Part shown: positions 9,809-19,239 of the stretch, in pieces
Numbering within the stretch: the first letter of the stretch is position 1
Layout of the letters: each line of letters starts with the position of its first letter
DNA from: Solobacterium sp.
GTDB taxonomy: Bacteria; Bacillota_I; Bacilli_A; Erysipelotrichales; Erysipelotrichaceae
Reading direction: 5' to 3'
DNA: 64,000 nt
Assembly: GCA_024698805.1 (NCBI GenBank)
Contig: JAILQT010000114.1
Span: 9,437-73,436, forward strand
Program-made: the position numbers and the translations under genes
Notes under the pieces: model-generated
The model's database searches: none
What the model saw: only the letters and a program-made list of their open reading frames with translations
What the model was told of the DNA's origin: nothing

Positions 9809-11170
9809 ATGAAAGTACAGAAGAGGTTCAGCGGCTTTGAGGACCTTCTCAAAACGCAGTCGAAAAATCATTACACCCATACCGCAGTCATTTACGACGA
9901 AGAATTTAAAGTGGCCTGTTCCTATGGCGAACTCTATGACAGGGTCCTTTTCCGGAGCTCCCAGCTGAAGAGTTCGGGGAAAACATGCATAGGCATTCTG
10001 GCTGATTTTTCCTTTGCGTGCATCGTTGAGATATTCGCTGCGAATCTGGCCGGGCTCCAGGTCGTCATGCTGGACAGGACGATGCCTGCACCGGTCCTGA
10101 AAGAACTGATCGGATACACCGACGTCGATATTCTTTTCGGAAACAGGAGGCAGGTATCCGAACTGGAAGATGCCCTGACGGAAGGCGTAAAGGACGGGAA
10201 AGGAAAGATCCTTTTCTTTACGAGCGGGACGACAGAACGCGCAAAAGCAGTTGTCCTGACAGACGGGACGCTGATGAGCAGTGCCTACAACGGCGGATGC
10301 ATGCTGCCGCTGAAAACAGGCGATATCCTGCTCAGTATCCTGCCCTTATGCCATGTGTTCGGCTTCGTATGCGGCCTTCTGTGGGGACTCTCCTGCGGCG
10401 CAAGCGTAGCGCTGTCCAGGGGTCCGCGCCACTATACCGATGACTGCACATACTTTAAGCCGACGGCGATCAGCGTTGTGCCGATGCTGCTGAAATTCCT
10501 GCTGCAGTACAACCTGATGAATGATGAACTTGACCTGATCCTTGTCGGTGCGGGTGACTGCGCAAAGGAGATCCTGAATGCAGTGCATGCGACCGGAAGG
10601 CGCATATCCTACGGCTACGGCCTGACAGAGACAAGCTCAGGCGTCGCCATCAGCGTCAGCGGCGATCCTTCCGCCATGGAGATCTGCCCGGATGACGAGA
10701 TCTTTCTGGCGGATGACGATGAGATCCTTGTCAGGGCCCCGGAATGCATGATGCTCGGTTATTATAAACTGCCGGAAGATACGGATGCCGTGCTGCAGGA
10801 CGGCATACTGTTTACCGGCGATATCGGCCAGTTCGACGCCGACGGACGCCTGCATATCATCGGCAGGAAGAAAGAGATCCTTGTCCTTTCCGACGGCACG
10901 AAGATATTCCTGCCCGAGTACATCCGCGAGATCAGCAACCGCCTGCTTACGCAGGAGATCGCTGTGATCCTGCGGAAGGACAGACCGTATATCGTGGTCC
11001 ATGACGAGAGGAGCAGCGAAGAACTGATGGCTTTGCTGAGTGACTGGATCCCGACGCTGCACAGGGACCATCAGCCTGCAGGCATCATCAAATACGAAAA
11101 AGAACTGCCGCGCACAGCAACAGGCAAGATCAAGACATGGGAGATCGCAAAGGAGACGGAAGACGCATGA
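9809..11170 (+). CDS. long-chain acyl-CoA/acyl-ACP synthetase (AMP-binding)
   Basis: FTSGTTERAK, YGYGLTET, FTGDIG, IIGRKKE, LPRTATGKI adenylation motifs. Confidence 0.93.
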   Translation: MKVQKRFSGFEDLLKTQSKNHYTHTAVIYDEEFKVACSYGELYDRVLFRSSQLKSSGKTCIGILADFSFACIVEIFAANLAGLQVVMLDRTMPAPVLKELIGYTDVDILFGNRRQVSELEDALTEGVKDGKGKILFFTSGTTERAKAVVLTDGTLMSSAYNGGCMLPLKTGDILLSILPLCHVFGFVCGLLWGLSCGASVALSRGPRHYTDDCTYFKPTAISVVPMLLKFLLQYNLMNDELDLILVGAGDCAKEILNAVHATGRRISYGYGLTETSSGVAISVSGDPSAMEICPDDEIFLADDDEILVRAPECMMLGYYKLPEDTDAVLQDGILFTGDIGQFDADGRLHIIGRKKEILVLSDGTKIFLPEYIREISNRLLTQEIAVILRKDRPYIVVHDERSSEELMALLSDWIPTLHRDHQPAGIIKYEKELPRTATGKIKTWEIAKETEDA

Positions 11171-11427
11171 TAACCAGAGAAGATATATACGGGAAAACAG
11201 TAAAGATCATCCGCGACAATGTACCGGATATGTTCGGCACTGACCTGAACGAGGATACAGTGCTGAATGCGGAAGGCAATGTCGACTCCATGGGGTTTAT
11301 CCTTGTCGTCACAAAGCTGGAAGGGGAATTCAGCGTCAGGATCCCCGACAGGGAATGGGATAAGATCCGCACGCTGGGCGACCTGGTCGATACTGTATAC
11401 AGGCATCTTCCGAAAGGTAACGAATGA
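11167..11427 (+). CDS. acyl carrier protein
   Basis: 86 aa acidic protein with VDSMG phosphopantetheine Ser and LEGEFSVRIPD...IRTLGDLV; ATGA overlap. Confidence 0.9.
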   Translation: MITREDIYGKTVKIIRDNVPDMFGTDLNEDTVLNAEGNVDSMGFILVVTKLEGEFSVRIPDREWDKIRTLGDLVDTVYRHLPKGNE

Positions 11428-12131
11428 CATACAGAGTCACATATAAGCTCAAAAACAAGGATGTGAACATGTTTATGAGACTGCGCACATCCGTTTTGTA
11501 TGAGATGCTGCAGGAAGTGTCCATCGCGCATACGGAAGAGCTGGGCATGGGCAGGCAGAAGACACTGGACAGGGGCCTGCTGTGGGTCATCATCCAGCAC
11601 CGGATGGAATTCCATGCCCCGATGGAATACGACGATGAGATCACCGTGGAGAGCTGGCCGGGAAAGACCATGCATGTGCTGTTCCCGAGATTCTACCGCG
11701 TGACGAAAAAAGACGGCACGCTGTGTGCCGAAGGCAATGCGATATGGGCCCTGATCGATGCGGCGGAACGCAAGTTCATATTTCCCGAGAAGTACGGCAT
11801 CCGCATCATGGAGGAAGTGACCGGCTGTGAATCCGAACCGGTCCGGCGCATGGAGCGGAAGATACCGGAAAAGATCGCGGAATGGACAGTGCCGTTCAGC
11901 GTATGCGACCTGAACGGTCATATGAACAATTCCCGGTACTATGATCTTGCGGAAGACCATATGCCCCTTTCCCTTCTGGAAAGGGATACCGTGCTGATCG
12001 AGACGGAATATGCCAATGAAGCACGCAGGGGCGAAGTGCTGACCCTGCGGTGCGATACAGGTGAAGATGAGCGGTACTTCCTCGGCGAGACACAAAAAAC
12101 ATGTTTCCGGATGCGCTGGAAATTCAGATGA
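11424..12131 (+). CDS. acyl-ACP thioesterase (double hot-dog)
   Basis: DLNGHMNNSRY catalytic motif; ATGA overlap with the ACP gene. Confidence 0.92.
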   Translation: MTYRVTYKLKNKDVNMFMRLRTSVLYEMLQEVSIAHTEELGMGRQKTLDRGLLWVIIQHRMEFHAPMEYDDEITVESWPGKTMHVLFPRFYRVTKKDGTLCAEGNAIWALIDAAERKFIFPEKYGIRIMEEVTGCESEPVRRMERKIPEKIAEWTVPFSVCDLNGHMNNSRYYDLAEDHMPLSLLERDTVLIETEYANEARRGEVLTLRCDTGEDERYFLGETQKTCFRMRWKFR

Positions 12132-12164
12132 TTCCCGGCGCATTTTTTGTTGTACACTTTTTGT

Positions 12165-12926
12165 ATGGCGAAGACGGAAGAAACACGGATGCTGGAACAG
12201 GCACTGGATGACAGATGCAGGAAGAGGCGTGAATACGGATGTACGGAGGTCACGATCGGCTTCAAAGGTACAGGCAAAGGCGATGAGATCGCCGATTTCA
12301 TGTCGGTCGATTCCAGGGATGTGATCCGGTGCTACGAGATCAAGGTCTCGCTGCAGGACCTGCGCTCGGAAGCGAAAAAGTCCTGGTACGGGGATTACAA
12401 TTACCTTGTCGTCTCGGAAGGCCTGTATATGCAGTCGCCGCCATGGGGGAACTACATCCCGCCGTACGCCGGCATCATGGCAGGCAGATCCCTGAAGATC
12501 ATGCGCCAGGCAAAGAAACGCCCTGTCAGCGATGCCGACAGGAACATGCTGAAGGAAAGCCTGATCCGTACGCTCTACTGGAAAATGGACACGTACAGGA
12601 ATGCATCGGACCCGGAGGCGCAGAAAGAACTGCGCGCACAGCTTGCATCCCTGCAGGAGGAGTTCGACGCCTACCGGCAGACACATGACAGGACGGTGTG
12701 GACCGTACAGGATCTGGAATACTATTACCGGAAGAATCACCAGACGGAGGACTTCAGTCTGGAACAGTTTGCGAAGCAGCAGCGCAAAGAATTCACAGCC
12801 AGGACAAAAAAACAGCTGGTCTGGAAAGACGGCAGCTGTCCTGTATGCGGAAGAAAAGCAGCAGGGGGCATCCTGACGGATTACTGTCCCTTCTGCGGCA
12901 GCGATCTCAGGGAGTTCACTCCGTGA
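12165..12926 (+). CDS. PD-(D/E)xK nuclease-like (MmcB-like) protein with C-terminal zinc ribbon
   Basis: IADFMSV...CYEIKVSLQDL...WYGDYNYLV; CPVC...CPFC. Confidence 0.65.
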   Translation: MAKTEETRMLEQALDDRCRKRREYGCTEVTIGFKGTGKGDEIADFMSVDSRDVIRCYEIKVSLQDLRSEAKKSWYGDYNYLVVSEGLYMQSPPWGNYIPPYAGIMAGRSLKIMRQAKKRPVSDADRNMLKESLIRTLYWKMDTYRNASDPEAQKELRAQLASLQEEFDAYRQTHDRTVWTVQDLEYYYRKNHQTEDFSLEQFAKQQRKEFTARTKKQLVWKDGSCPVCGRKAAGGILTDYCPFCGSDLREFTP

Positions 12927-13689
12927 TCCAGCCGAAATGCAGGCATGCATTGCGTATGCCGTCATCCTCGGCCGCATCTGTAACATAATCAGCCATTTCA
13001 AGAAGAGGCGGATAACCGTTGCCCATCGCAATGCTTGTCCACTCTTTTTTAAACATGATCATGTCATTCTCACCGTCGCCGAAAACGACGACGTCGCGGA
13101 TATCCCCGTGCAGGTGATCGATCATGTCGCGTATGCCCTGGTCTTTTTTATCGTGCTGGTAGCACAGGTATTCCGGTACGAAGCGGATATGGCCGAGAAT
13201 ATCCTTCTTTGTCAGCTCATCCTCCTTTTCCTGCGGTATGGATACATACACCTTGTAGATCTTTTCCAGATCGTCATAGGACGTTTCCGGATGATACATA
13301 TACTCGGTAGGTTCCTGCCTTTCACCGACCTGGTCGATGAACCGGCGGTCCCGCATGAAGACCCTGATGCTGTCATCGACAGATACGAGGATACCGTAAC
13401 CAAGCGCGTCTGCTTCATGGATGATCTCCAGTGCCTTTTCCCTGTCCAGAGGGGCGTTGCGGATCAGTTCGTCCTCGATGACGAGCGCTGCTCCGCCGTT
13501 CGATACAAAATTATGTATGCCTGCATCCGCGGCAGCTTTGATCGTCTTGTAATAGGCCCTGCCTGTGCAGATCGCGGTAAAATGACCGTTCTGTTCCAGT
13601 TTCCGAAGTGTGTCCAGACCGCTCGGCACCAGTTTGCCGGTATGGATATCCGTCAGCGTGCCGTCAATATCAAAGAAAAAATACTTCAT
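12916..13689 (-). CDS. Cof-type HAD IIB hydrolase
   Basis: FFDIDGTL, CTGR, VFGDGEND. Confidence 0.95.
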   Translation of the reverse strand: MKYFFFDIDGTLTDIHTGKLVPSGLDTLRKLEQNGHFTAICTGRAYYKTIKAAADAGIHNFVSNGGAALVIEDELIRNAPLDREKALEIIHEADALGYGILVSVDDSIRVFMRDRRFIDQVGERQEPTEYMYHPETSYDDLEKIYKVYVSIPQEKEDELTKKDILGHIRFVPEYLCYQHDKKDQGIRDMIDHLHGDIRDVVVFGDGENDMIMFKKEWTSIAMGNGYPPLLEMADYVTDAAEDDGIRNACLHFGWITE

Positions 13690-13802
13690 ACATGTTACCT
13701 CAATCAAAATATAAGCGAATCCGCGCAGCTTGAAAAGAAATTGTATAATTTTTTTGTAAGGTCCTTTCCGGAAAAGACACTTATAAAGGTGAAGGAGGAT
13801 AC

Positions 13803-14360
13803 ATGGAGGACAGCAGAATCGTAGACCTGTACTGGGAAAGAAATGAAGACGCGATCAAAGAGACCGATAAGAAATACGGGAACTACTGTTTTTCATGCGC
13901 CTGGAACATTCTTTTCGACAGACAGGATGCCCAGGAATGTGTCAATGACACATGGCTGAAAGCCTGGAATCTGATGCCTGATGAAAGACCGTCTATGCTG
14001 AAATACTTTCTCGCAAAGATCACAAGGGGGTTCGCCCTGAACCTCTACAGGAAGAACAGTGCCGAAAAAAGAGGCTCCAACGAAACAGAAGCTGCCCTTT
14101 CGGAACTGGAGAACGTGCTTTCAGGCGGAACGGATCCCGAGCAGGAAATGTTCGCAAAAGATCTGCAGTCCGCGGTCAATGCATTCCTGTACCGGTTATC
14201 GGAAAAAGAAAGGAATGTATTTATCCGCAGATACTTCTATATGGAAAACACGAATGAGATCGCAGAAAAATACCATATGACGGAAAACAATGTCGGTGTC
14301 GTGCTGAACCGGGCACGGAAGAAGCTGCGTCAGTATCTGCTGAAGGAGGGGTACATATGA
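13803..14360 (+). CDS. ECF RNA polymerase sigma factor
   Basis: DAQECVNDTWLKAW (region 2) and LSEKERNVFIRRY...EIAE...LNRARKKLR (region 4). Confidence 0.95.
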   Translation: MEDSRIVDLYWERNEDAIKETDKKYGNYCFSCAWNILFDRQDAQECVNDTWLKAWNLMPDERPSMLKYFLAKITRGFALNLYRKNSAEKRGSNETEAALSELENVLSGGTDPEQEMFAKDLQSAVNAFLYRLSEKERNVFIRRYFYMENTNEIAEKYHMTENNVGVVLNRARKKLRQYLLKEGYI

Positions 14361-14899
14361 AACTGTCCGAGAGGGTGCTGGACGCAATGAGCGGGATCGA
14401 TGAGAAACTGCTGAAGGACAGCGAAGAATATACAGGAAAAAAGAAAACGTTTGACCTCAGGATCCTGGCAATGAGTGCGGCAGTACTGCTGCTGGCGGTG
14501 CTGGTCATCCCGCATATGCCGAAACAGTCGGGAAGCGCGGTTCCCGCAACGGCAGATCAGATCGCAAAGGAAGAAGAATACCCGGCTGAGGCCGCAGAAG
14601 CGGAAGAAGAGAAGACCGCGGAAACATCCGCTGCCGAATACGGAACGGAAACAGCTGTTACGGAAATGACGGATGAACTGCAGAGGGCGCTGCAGGAACA
14701 GGGGGAAGTCACGATCATAGCGGAACCTGCGGAAACAGTGCCGGAAGACATGCTTAATGACATGTGCGCGGAACTGCAGGAAAAAGGATACGATGTGTCT
14801 GAAAAGGATGGAAAGCTGATCATCATAACAGACAGCGCCTCGTTTGATGCGGGAGATATGCCTTCCGGCTGCGGCTGGCTGCTGGACCTGTATAACTGA
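14357..14899 (+). CDS. putative membrane anti-sigma factor
   Basis: Overlaps the sigma stop; N-terminal DAMSGIDEKLL, single TM helix, acidic extracellular part. Confidence 0.7.
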   Translation: MKLSERVLDAMSGIDEKLLKDSEEYTGKKKTFDLRILAMSAAVLLLAVLVIPHMPKQSGSAVPATADQIAKEEEYPAEAAEAEEEKTAETSAAEYGTETAVTEMTDELQRALQEQGEVTIIAEPAETVPEDMLNDMCAELQEKGYDVSEKDGKLIIITDSASFDAGDMPSGCGWLLDLYN

Positions 14900-14927
14900 A
14901 AATATCATTTGAAAAAGGGAGGAGATC

Positions 14928-15854
14928 ATGAAAAAGGGATATGTTGTTTTAATTGCGGCCGTTTTGCTGGCAGGATGTTCAAGAGGAAAGGCTGCAGCCG
15001 CCAGGACAGATCAGTATGAAGCGCCTGTGGAAGCGGCGGAAGCGGAATACGGGTACACCGAGACCACTGAAAGCAAATCTGCAGCAGCGGAAGAAGGTTA
15101 TCTTGCGGAAAATGATATGCTTAGCGAAACGGAACCGCAGGTCACAGGTGAAAAGCTTGTGTATACCGGCAATATGCGCATCGAGACACTGACGTACGAT
15201 GAAACGGTCAGCCAGCTGCTGGACCTTACGAACAAATACAAGGGCATCATCGAGAATCAGAATGAGAATGTCAATGATTATTACTGGAGAACGGATGCGG
15301 AAGACAGGTCTGTAAGGTCCATGTCCCTTGTGCTGCGGATCCCGACGAAAAACTTCAGCACGTTCCTGGATGACATGCAGGGCACCGGCAAGGTCATGAG
15401 CAGGTCCGTCAATGTTGAGAACATAACCAGGCAGTACAATGACAACTCCGTGCTGATCACGTCACTCGAAACACAGGAGGAAAGGCTTCTGGAGATGATG
15501 GAAAAGGCAGAGACGATCGAAGATATGATCACTGTTGAACAGAGGCTGACAGAAGTGCAGACAGAACTCAACAGGCTGAAGATGAACAAGTCATCCATGG
15601 ATACGGATATCGAATACTCCACGGTCTACCTGACAGTCAATGAGGTCAGGCAGTACCAGGATTCGAGACCGGATTTCCTGCACCAGCTGCAGGAAGCGTT
15701 CACCGGCGGCTTCAGTGATTTCGCATACGCGCTGGGCGGACTGCTGCTGGGTCTGACAAAGGGCCTGCCGTTCCTTGCCTGCCTGGCAGTGATCGGATGG
15801 ATCGTGTACAGATTCCTCAGGAAGAAGAATTTCTTCAGGAAAGGGAAAGAATAA
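14928..15854 (+). CDS. DUF4349-like lipoprotein
   Basis: Lipobox LLAGC; LRIP, coiled-coil RLLEMMEKAETIEDMITVEQRL, YSTVYL; C-terminal TM. Confidence 0.85.
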   Translation: MKKGYVVLIAAVLLAGCSRGKAAAARTDQYEAPVEAAEAEYGYTETTESKSAAAEEGYLAENDMLSETEPQVTGEKLVYTGNMRIETLTYDETVSQLLDLTNKYKGIIENQNENVNDYYWRTDAEDRSVRSMSLVLRIPTKNFSTFLDDMQGTGKVMSRSVNVENITRQYNDNSVLITSLETQEERLLEMMEKAETIEDMITVEQRLTEVQTELNRLKMNKSSMDTDIEYSTVYLTVNEVRQYQDSRPDFLHQLQEAFTGGFSDFAYALGGLLLGLTKGLPFLACLAVIGWIVYRFLRKKNFFRKGKE

Positions 15855-15977
15855 CACAGGCAGCCGGCTGATCTTGCCGGCTCTTCATGTTTTCAGAGAT
15901 ACCGATAAAACAGTGTAGGAAAGTGATTGTATTTTGATATACCATCAAATATGATTTCTGCGGAAAGCAGGAATTAT

Positions 15978-16814
15978 ATGATAGATAAATTATCCGTGAT
16001 AGCGGCAGATATTGACGGCACGCTCGCTTTGAAAGGCGGGAACCTGATGCCCAAAACCAGGGAGATGCTGCAGGAGCTCCATCGTCAGGGTGTCCTCTTC
16101 GGCGTCGCCACAGGCAGGCCGATGGACCGCAGGATACTGCAGATGGCAGAGACCTGGGGTCTTGGATTTGAATTTGATTTTGCGATCGGGATGAACGGCG
16201 GCGATCTGTATGACAAAGAGTCCGGCAAGATCGAACATTACTACCAGCTGAAGAAAGAAGATGTCCGTACGATCATCGGTACGATCGCCGATCTGGAACT
16301 GAACGCGATCGTTTATGTGAACGGTTATGACCAGATCAGGGCACTGCATATGGATGAGTTCCTTACGGATTCCCAGAAACGCAACAAGTCGATCGTTGAG
16401 ATCGGGGACACGGACTTCGTCAGTGAATTTGATACAGGCAAGATCGAGATCCATCTGAAGCCGGAGAATATGCCGGTATTCCTCGAGAGGACGGCTTCCC
16501 TGAAGAGTGACAGATGGAATATGATCAAGACGTTTGAAGGCTTCAACCATGTCACGATCGAATTCATTGATCCGCATGTGGACAAAGGTCTCGCGCTGCG
16601 CAAGTTCAGTGAAGAGAGCGGTATCCCCCTGGATGAGATCATGGCTTTCGGTGACCAGGACAATGACATCGAACTGCTGGAGGCTTCCGGCTGGGGCGTC
16701 TGCCTGCAGAACGGTTCTGACCGCACCAAGGCTGTCGCACAGGCTGTGACGGAATACGGCGTCGAGGAAGACGGTGTCGGCAGGTATCTGGAAACACACT
16801 GGCTCGGCAGATAA
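15978..16814 (+). CDS. Cof-type HAD IIB hydrolase
   Basis: ADIDGTL, ATGR, DKG, AFGDQDND. Confidence 0.93.
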   Translation: MIDKLSVIAADIDGTLALKGGNLMPKTREMLQELHRQGVLFGVATGRPMDRRILQMAETWGLGFEFDFAIGMNGGDLYDKESGKIEHYYQLKKEDVRTIIGTIADLELNAIVYVNGYDQIRALHMDEFLTDSQKRNKSIVEIGDTDFVSEFDTGKIEIHLKPENMPVFLERTASLKSDRWNMIKTFEGFNHVTIEFIDPHVDKGLALRKFSEESGIPLDEIMAFGDQDNDIELLEASGWGVCLQNGSDRTKAVAQAVTEYGVEEDGVGRYLETHWLGR

Positions 16815-16902
16815 AGATCACGGAAGTGGTCTTTTTCTATGACGTCTTCGCAGCATTTACCCGGATAAGGAAAAAAGGACAGGTGACCTGTCCTGTACGG
16901 GA

Positions 16903-17547
16903 TCATCTCTTCCTGAAGAGGTGGTCCTTTTCAATTCTGTCTTTCCAGCCGCCCATTGCCTTCCCGGCACGGAATCTGGTCACTGTCTCGGAGACTTCCT
17001 GATAATTCAGCGCGACGCCTTCGGCATCGTTCGTAAATGTGACGGCCCTGTCCGCGTTGATGCCGAATCTGGAGGCTTCCGCAGCCGCGTCGATGTTTGC
17101 GCCGAGGAAGAGGAATTCCCAGTCATATTTTTCCTTCATCTTCCCGATCATTTTCTTCACATCCTGGTAGCTGTACTGTCTGGATGCGTTCTCCATGCCG
17201 TCGGTGATAATGACGAAGATCGTCTTTTCGGGAACGTCTTCTTTACGTGCATATTTGTGGATCGTGCTGATATGCCGGATGGCTCCGCCGACGGCATCGA
17301 GCAGTGCCGTGCAGCCCCTGACATAGTATTCCTTATCCGTGATGGGCTTCACCGTACTGATATCGGCACGGTCGTGGATCACTTCCGTCCGGTTGTCAAA
17401 GAGGACTGTGGATACATATGCCTCTCCTTCTTCTTTCCTCTGTTTTTCAAGGAATCCGTTGTATCCGCCGATCGTGTCGGATTCAAGTCCGGCCATGGAG
17501 CCGCTCCTGTCAAGGATAAATACGATCTCTGTAAGGTTCTTCTTCAT
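16903..17547 (-). CDS. von Willebrand factor A domain protein
   Basis: FILDRSGSM MIDAS motif, TALLDA, IITDGMENAS; AAGGAGG RBS. Confidence 0.93.
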   Translation of the reverse strand: MKKNLTEIVFILDRSGSMAGLESDTIGGYNGFLEKQRKEEGEAYVSTVLFDNRTEVIHDRADISTVKPITDKEYYVRGCTALLDAVGGAIRHISTIHKYARKEDVPEKTIFVIITDGMENASRQYSYQDVKKMIGKMKEKYDWEFLFLGANIDAAAEASRFGINADRAVTFTNDAEGVALNYQEVSETVTRFRAGKAMGGWKDRIEKDHLFRKR

Positions 17548-17623
17548 TTTCTGTTCCTCCTTTTGTTTACGATCACAGAATACAGGAAGAACAGAAAGAA
17601 AAGGTCGCCCGTAAGGCGACATA

Positions 17624-18670
17624 TTAATTTCCGAGCAGCGGCTGGTCGAATTTGAACAGGATCTCATTCACCTCATAGACGTTATAGATGCCTCTCTCCA
17701 TGCAGTACTGGATGATGATATCCGCTTTTGAAGAAGGTGAAAAGGCATAACCGGCCGAACGCATCAGCTCTTTCGTGTCATGGAAGCTGAGTTCCAGCGC
17801 CAGGGCAAAAGCAATAACGGTATTCTTTTTCGGATGATAGGAAGGGTTCGAACGTATCTTGGAGAAAAGTTTCCTGTCAATGTTCGCTTTCCGGTATACA
17901 TCGGAATCCCTGAGTTCCCGTTCGTCGATCAGCCTTAATAACATATCGGAAAAAGTCTCCGCCTGAGCGGCCATCCTTTCCTGCAGGCTTATCGGGTAAC
18001 TGACCGCCTCTTCAAAGGGGATCTCCTGTTTATGGGCGGACGGCCGGAAGATGGAACCGGGTGAAAAGCCCCGGTTCTTCCTGCGTCTGGGAGCGTCGGC
18101 AGATTTCGGCAAACTGACTGATTCGGCGGTGCTGTACATTTCCGCGTAGCTGTCATCAATAAAAGACCGGATATCGCTTTCGATCTTCTGGCTGATGCGG
18201 AACGCGCTTTTATCAAAGACAACAAGGAGTACGTCCAGATCCTGTTCATTCAGGAAATCAGAGATCGTCTGTCTTGCGGTAAGCAATGCGAGGTCTTTCG
18301 GGAAACGGAAAGTACCGCTCGCAAGCAGGGGGAAAGCGATGCTTTCACAGTGCAGGGAAACAGCTTTTTCAAGACACTTCCTGTAACACCCGGCCAGTAT
18401 TTCCGCTTCATGATGACCACCGTCCGTCCATACGGGGCTTACCGTATGGAATATGTACTTCGCATCCAGGCCATAGGCGTCCGTGACCTGTACGTCACCC
18501 GTTTTAATGAAACCGATCTTCTTTCTTGCCTGCAGCAGTTTTTCATATCCGGCCCTCCGGTAGATCGCTTCTTCACCGCTCCCGCCGCATTCCGGTTCGG
18601 GATTCGCCGAACATACGATCACATCCGCGGGAACCCGTGCAATATCGTTTCTGATGATAGTCAGTGGCAT
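17624..18670 (-). CDS. macrodomain (ADP-ribose-binding) protein fused to a C-terminal HTH-like domain
   Basis: DIARVPADVIVCSAN, IFHTVSP, SIAFPLLASGTFRFP; C-terminal VYRKANIDRKLFSKIR...ALALEL. Confidence 0.88.
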   Translation of the reverse strand: MPLTIIRNDIARVPADVIVCSANPEPECGGSGEEAIYRRAGYEKLLQARKKIGFIKTGDVQVTDAYGLDAKYIFHTVSPVWTDGGHHEAEILAGCYRKCLEKAVSLHCESIAFPLLASGTFRFPKDLALLTARQTISDFLNEQDLDVLLVVFDKSAFRISQKIESDIRSFIDDSYAEMYSTAESVSLPKSADAPRRRKNRGFSPGSIFRPSAHKQEIPFEEAVSYPISLQERMAAQAETFSDMLLRLIDERELRDSDVYRKANIDRKLFSKIRSNPSYHPKKNTVIAFALALELSFHDTKELMRSAGYAFSPSSKADIIIQYCMERGIYNVYEVNEILFKFDQPLLGN

Positions 18671-18699
18671 TTTTTTCTCCTCTTCAGTACAATTATTGC

Positions 18700-19239
18700 A
18701 TGATTACATGCAGAATGATTTGTAAAAATGATCATGAACTGCCGAAGATCAAACGTCTTTACGTCAGCAGCTTCCCGGATGATGAACGGATCCCGTATCA
18801 CCGGCTGGTATCCATGCTCGGCAGCACCCGCGTCATGCACGTGTATTATGAGGACGGACAGTTCATCGGCATGACATATATTTTCCTGTTCCGGGATATC
18901 GCATATCTGGGCTATATCGCCGTTGAGGAAGGAATGCGCGGGAAAGGTCTCGGCACTTCGATCCTGAACATGTTATGTGATATGTATCCTGCATACAGGG
19001 TCGCGATCGATATCGAGGAACCGGATGCGGAAGCGGACAATGCGCAGGAACGGATCAAACGAAGGGATTTCTATGTTGCGAACCGGTTCGAAGGGACAGG
19101 CATCTTTTACAGATTCTACCATGTGGATTATGAGATCCTTTCCCGGAACGGCAGTATTACAAAAGGGGAATGGCAGGCCCTGATCAGAGAACACTGGGGC
19201 CCGTTCGCAAAAACAGCGGTATACAAGGAGGTTTCATGA
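18700..19239 (+). CDS. GNAT family N-acetyltransferase
   Basis: YLGYIAV..MRGKGLGT; RRDFYVANRF. Confidence 0.88.
   Translation: MITCRMICKNDHELPKIKRLYVSSFPDDERIPYHRLVSMLGSTRVMHVYYEDGQFIGMTYIFLFRDIAYLGYIAVEEGMRGKGLGTSILNMLCDMYPAYRVAIDIEEPDAEADNAQERIKRRDFYVANRFEGTGIFYRFYHVDYEILSRNGSITKGEWQALIREHWGPFAKTAVYKEVS

Noticed and set aside
9809-12131. NRPS/PKS secondary-metabolite cluster
   Set aside because: No condensation or ketosynthase domain, and the thioesterase is the hot-dog acyl-ACP type.
11130-13031. 633-aa minus-strand ORF
   Set aside because: Antisense shadow of the ACP, thioesterase and nuclease genes; no motifs.
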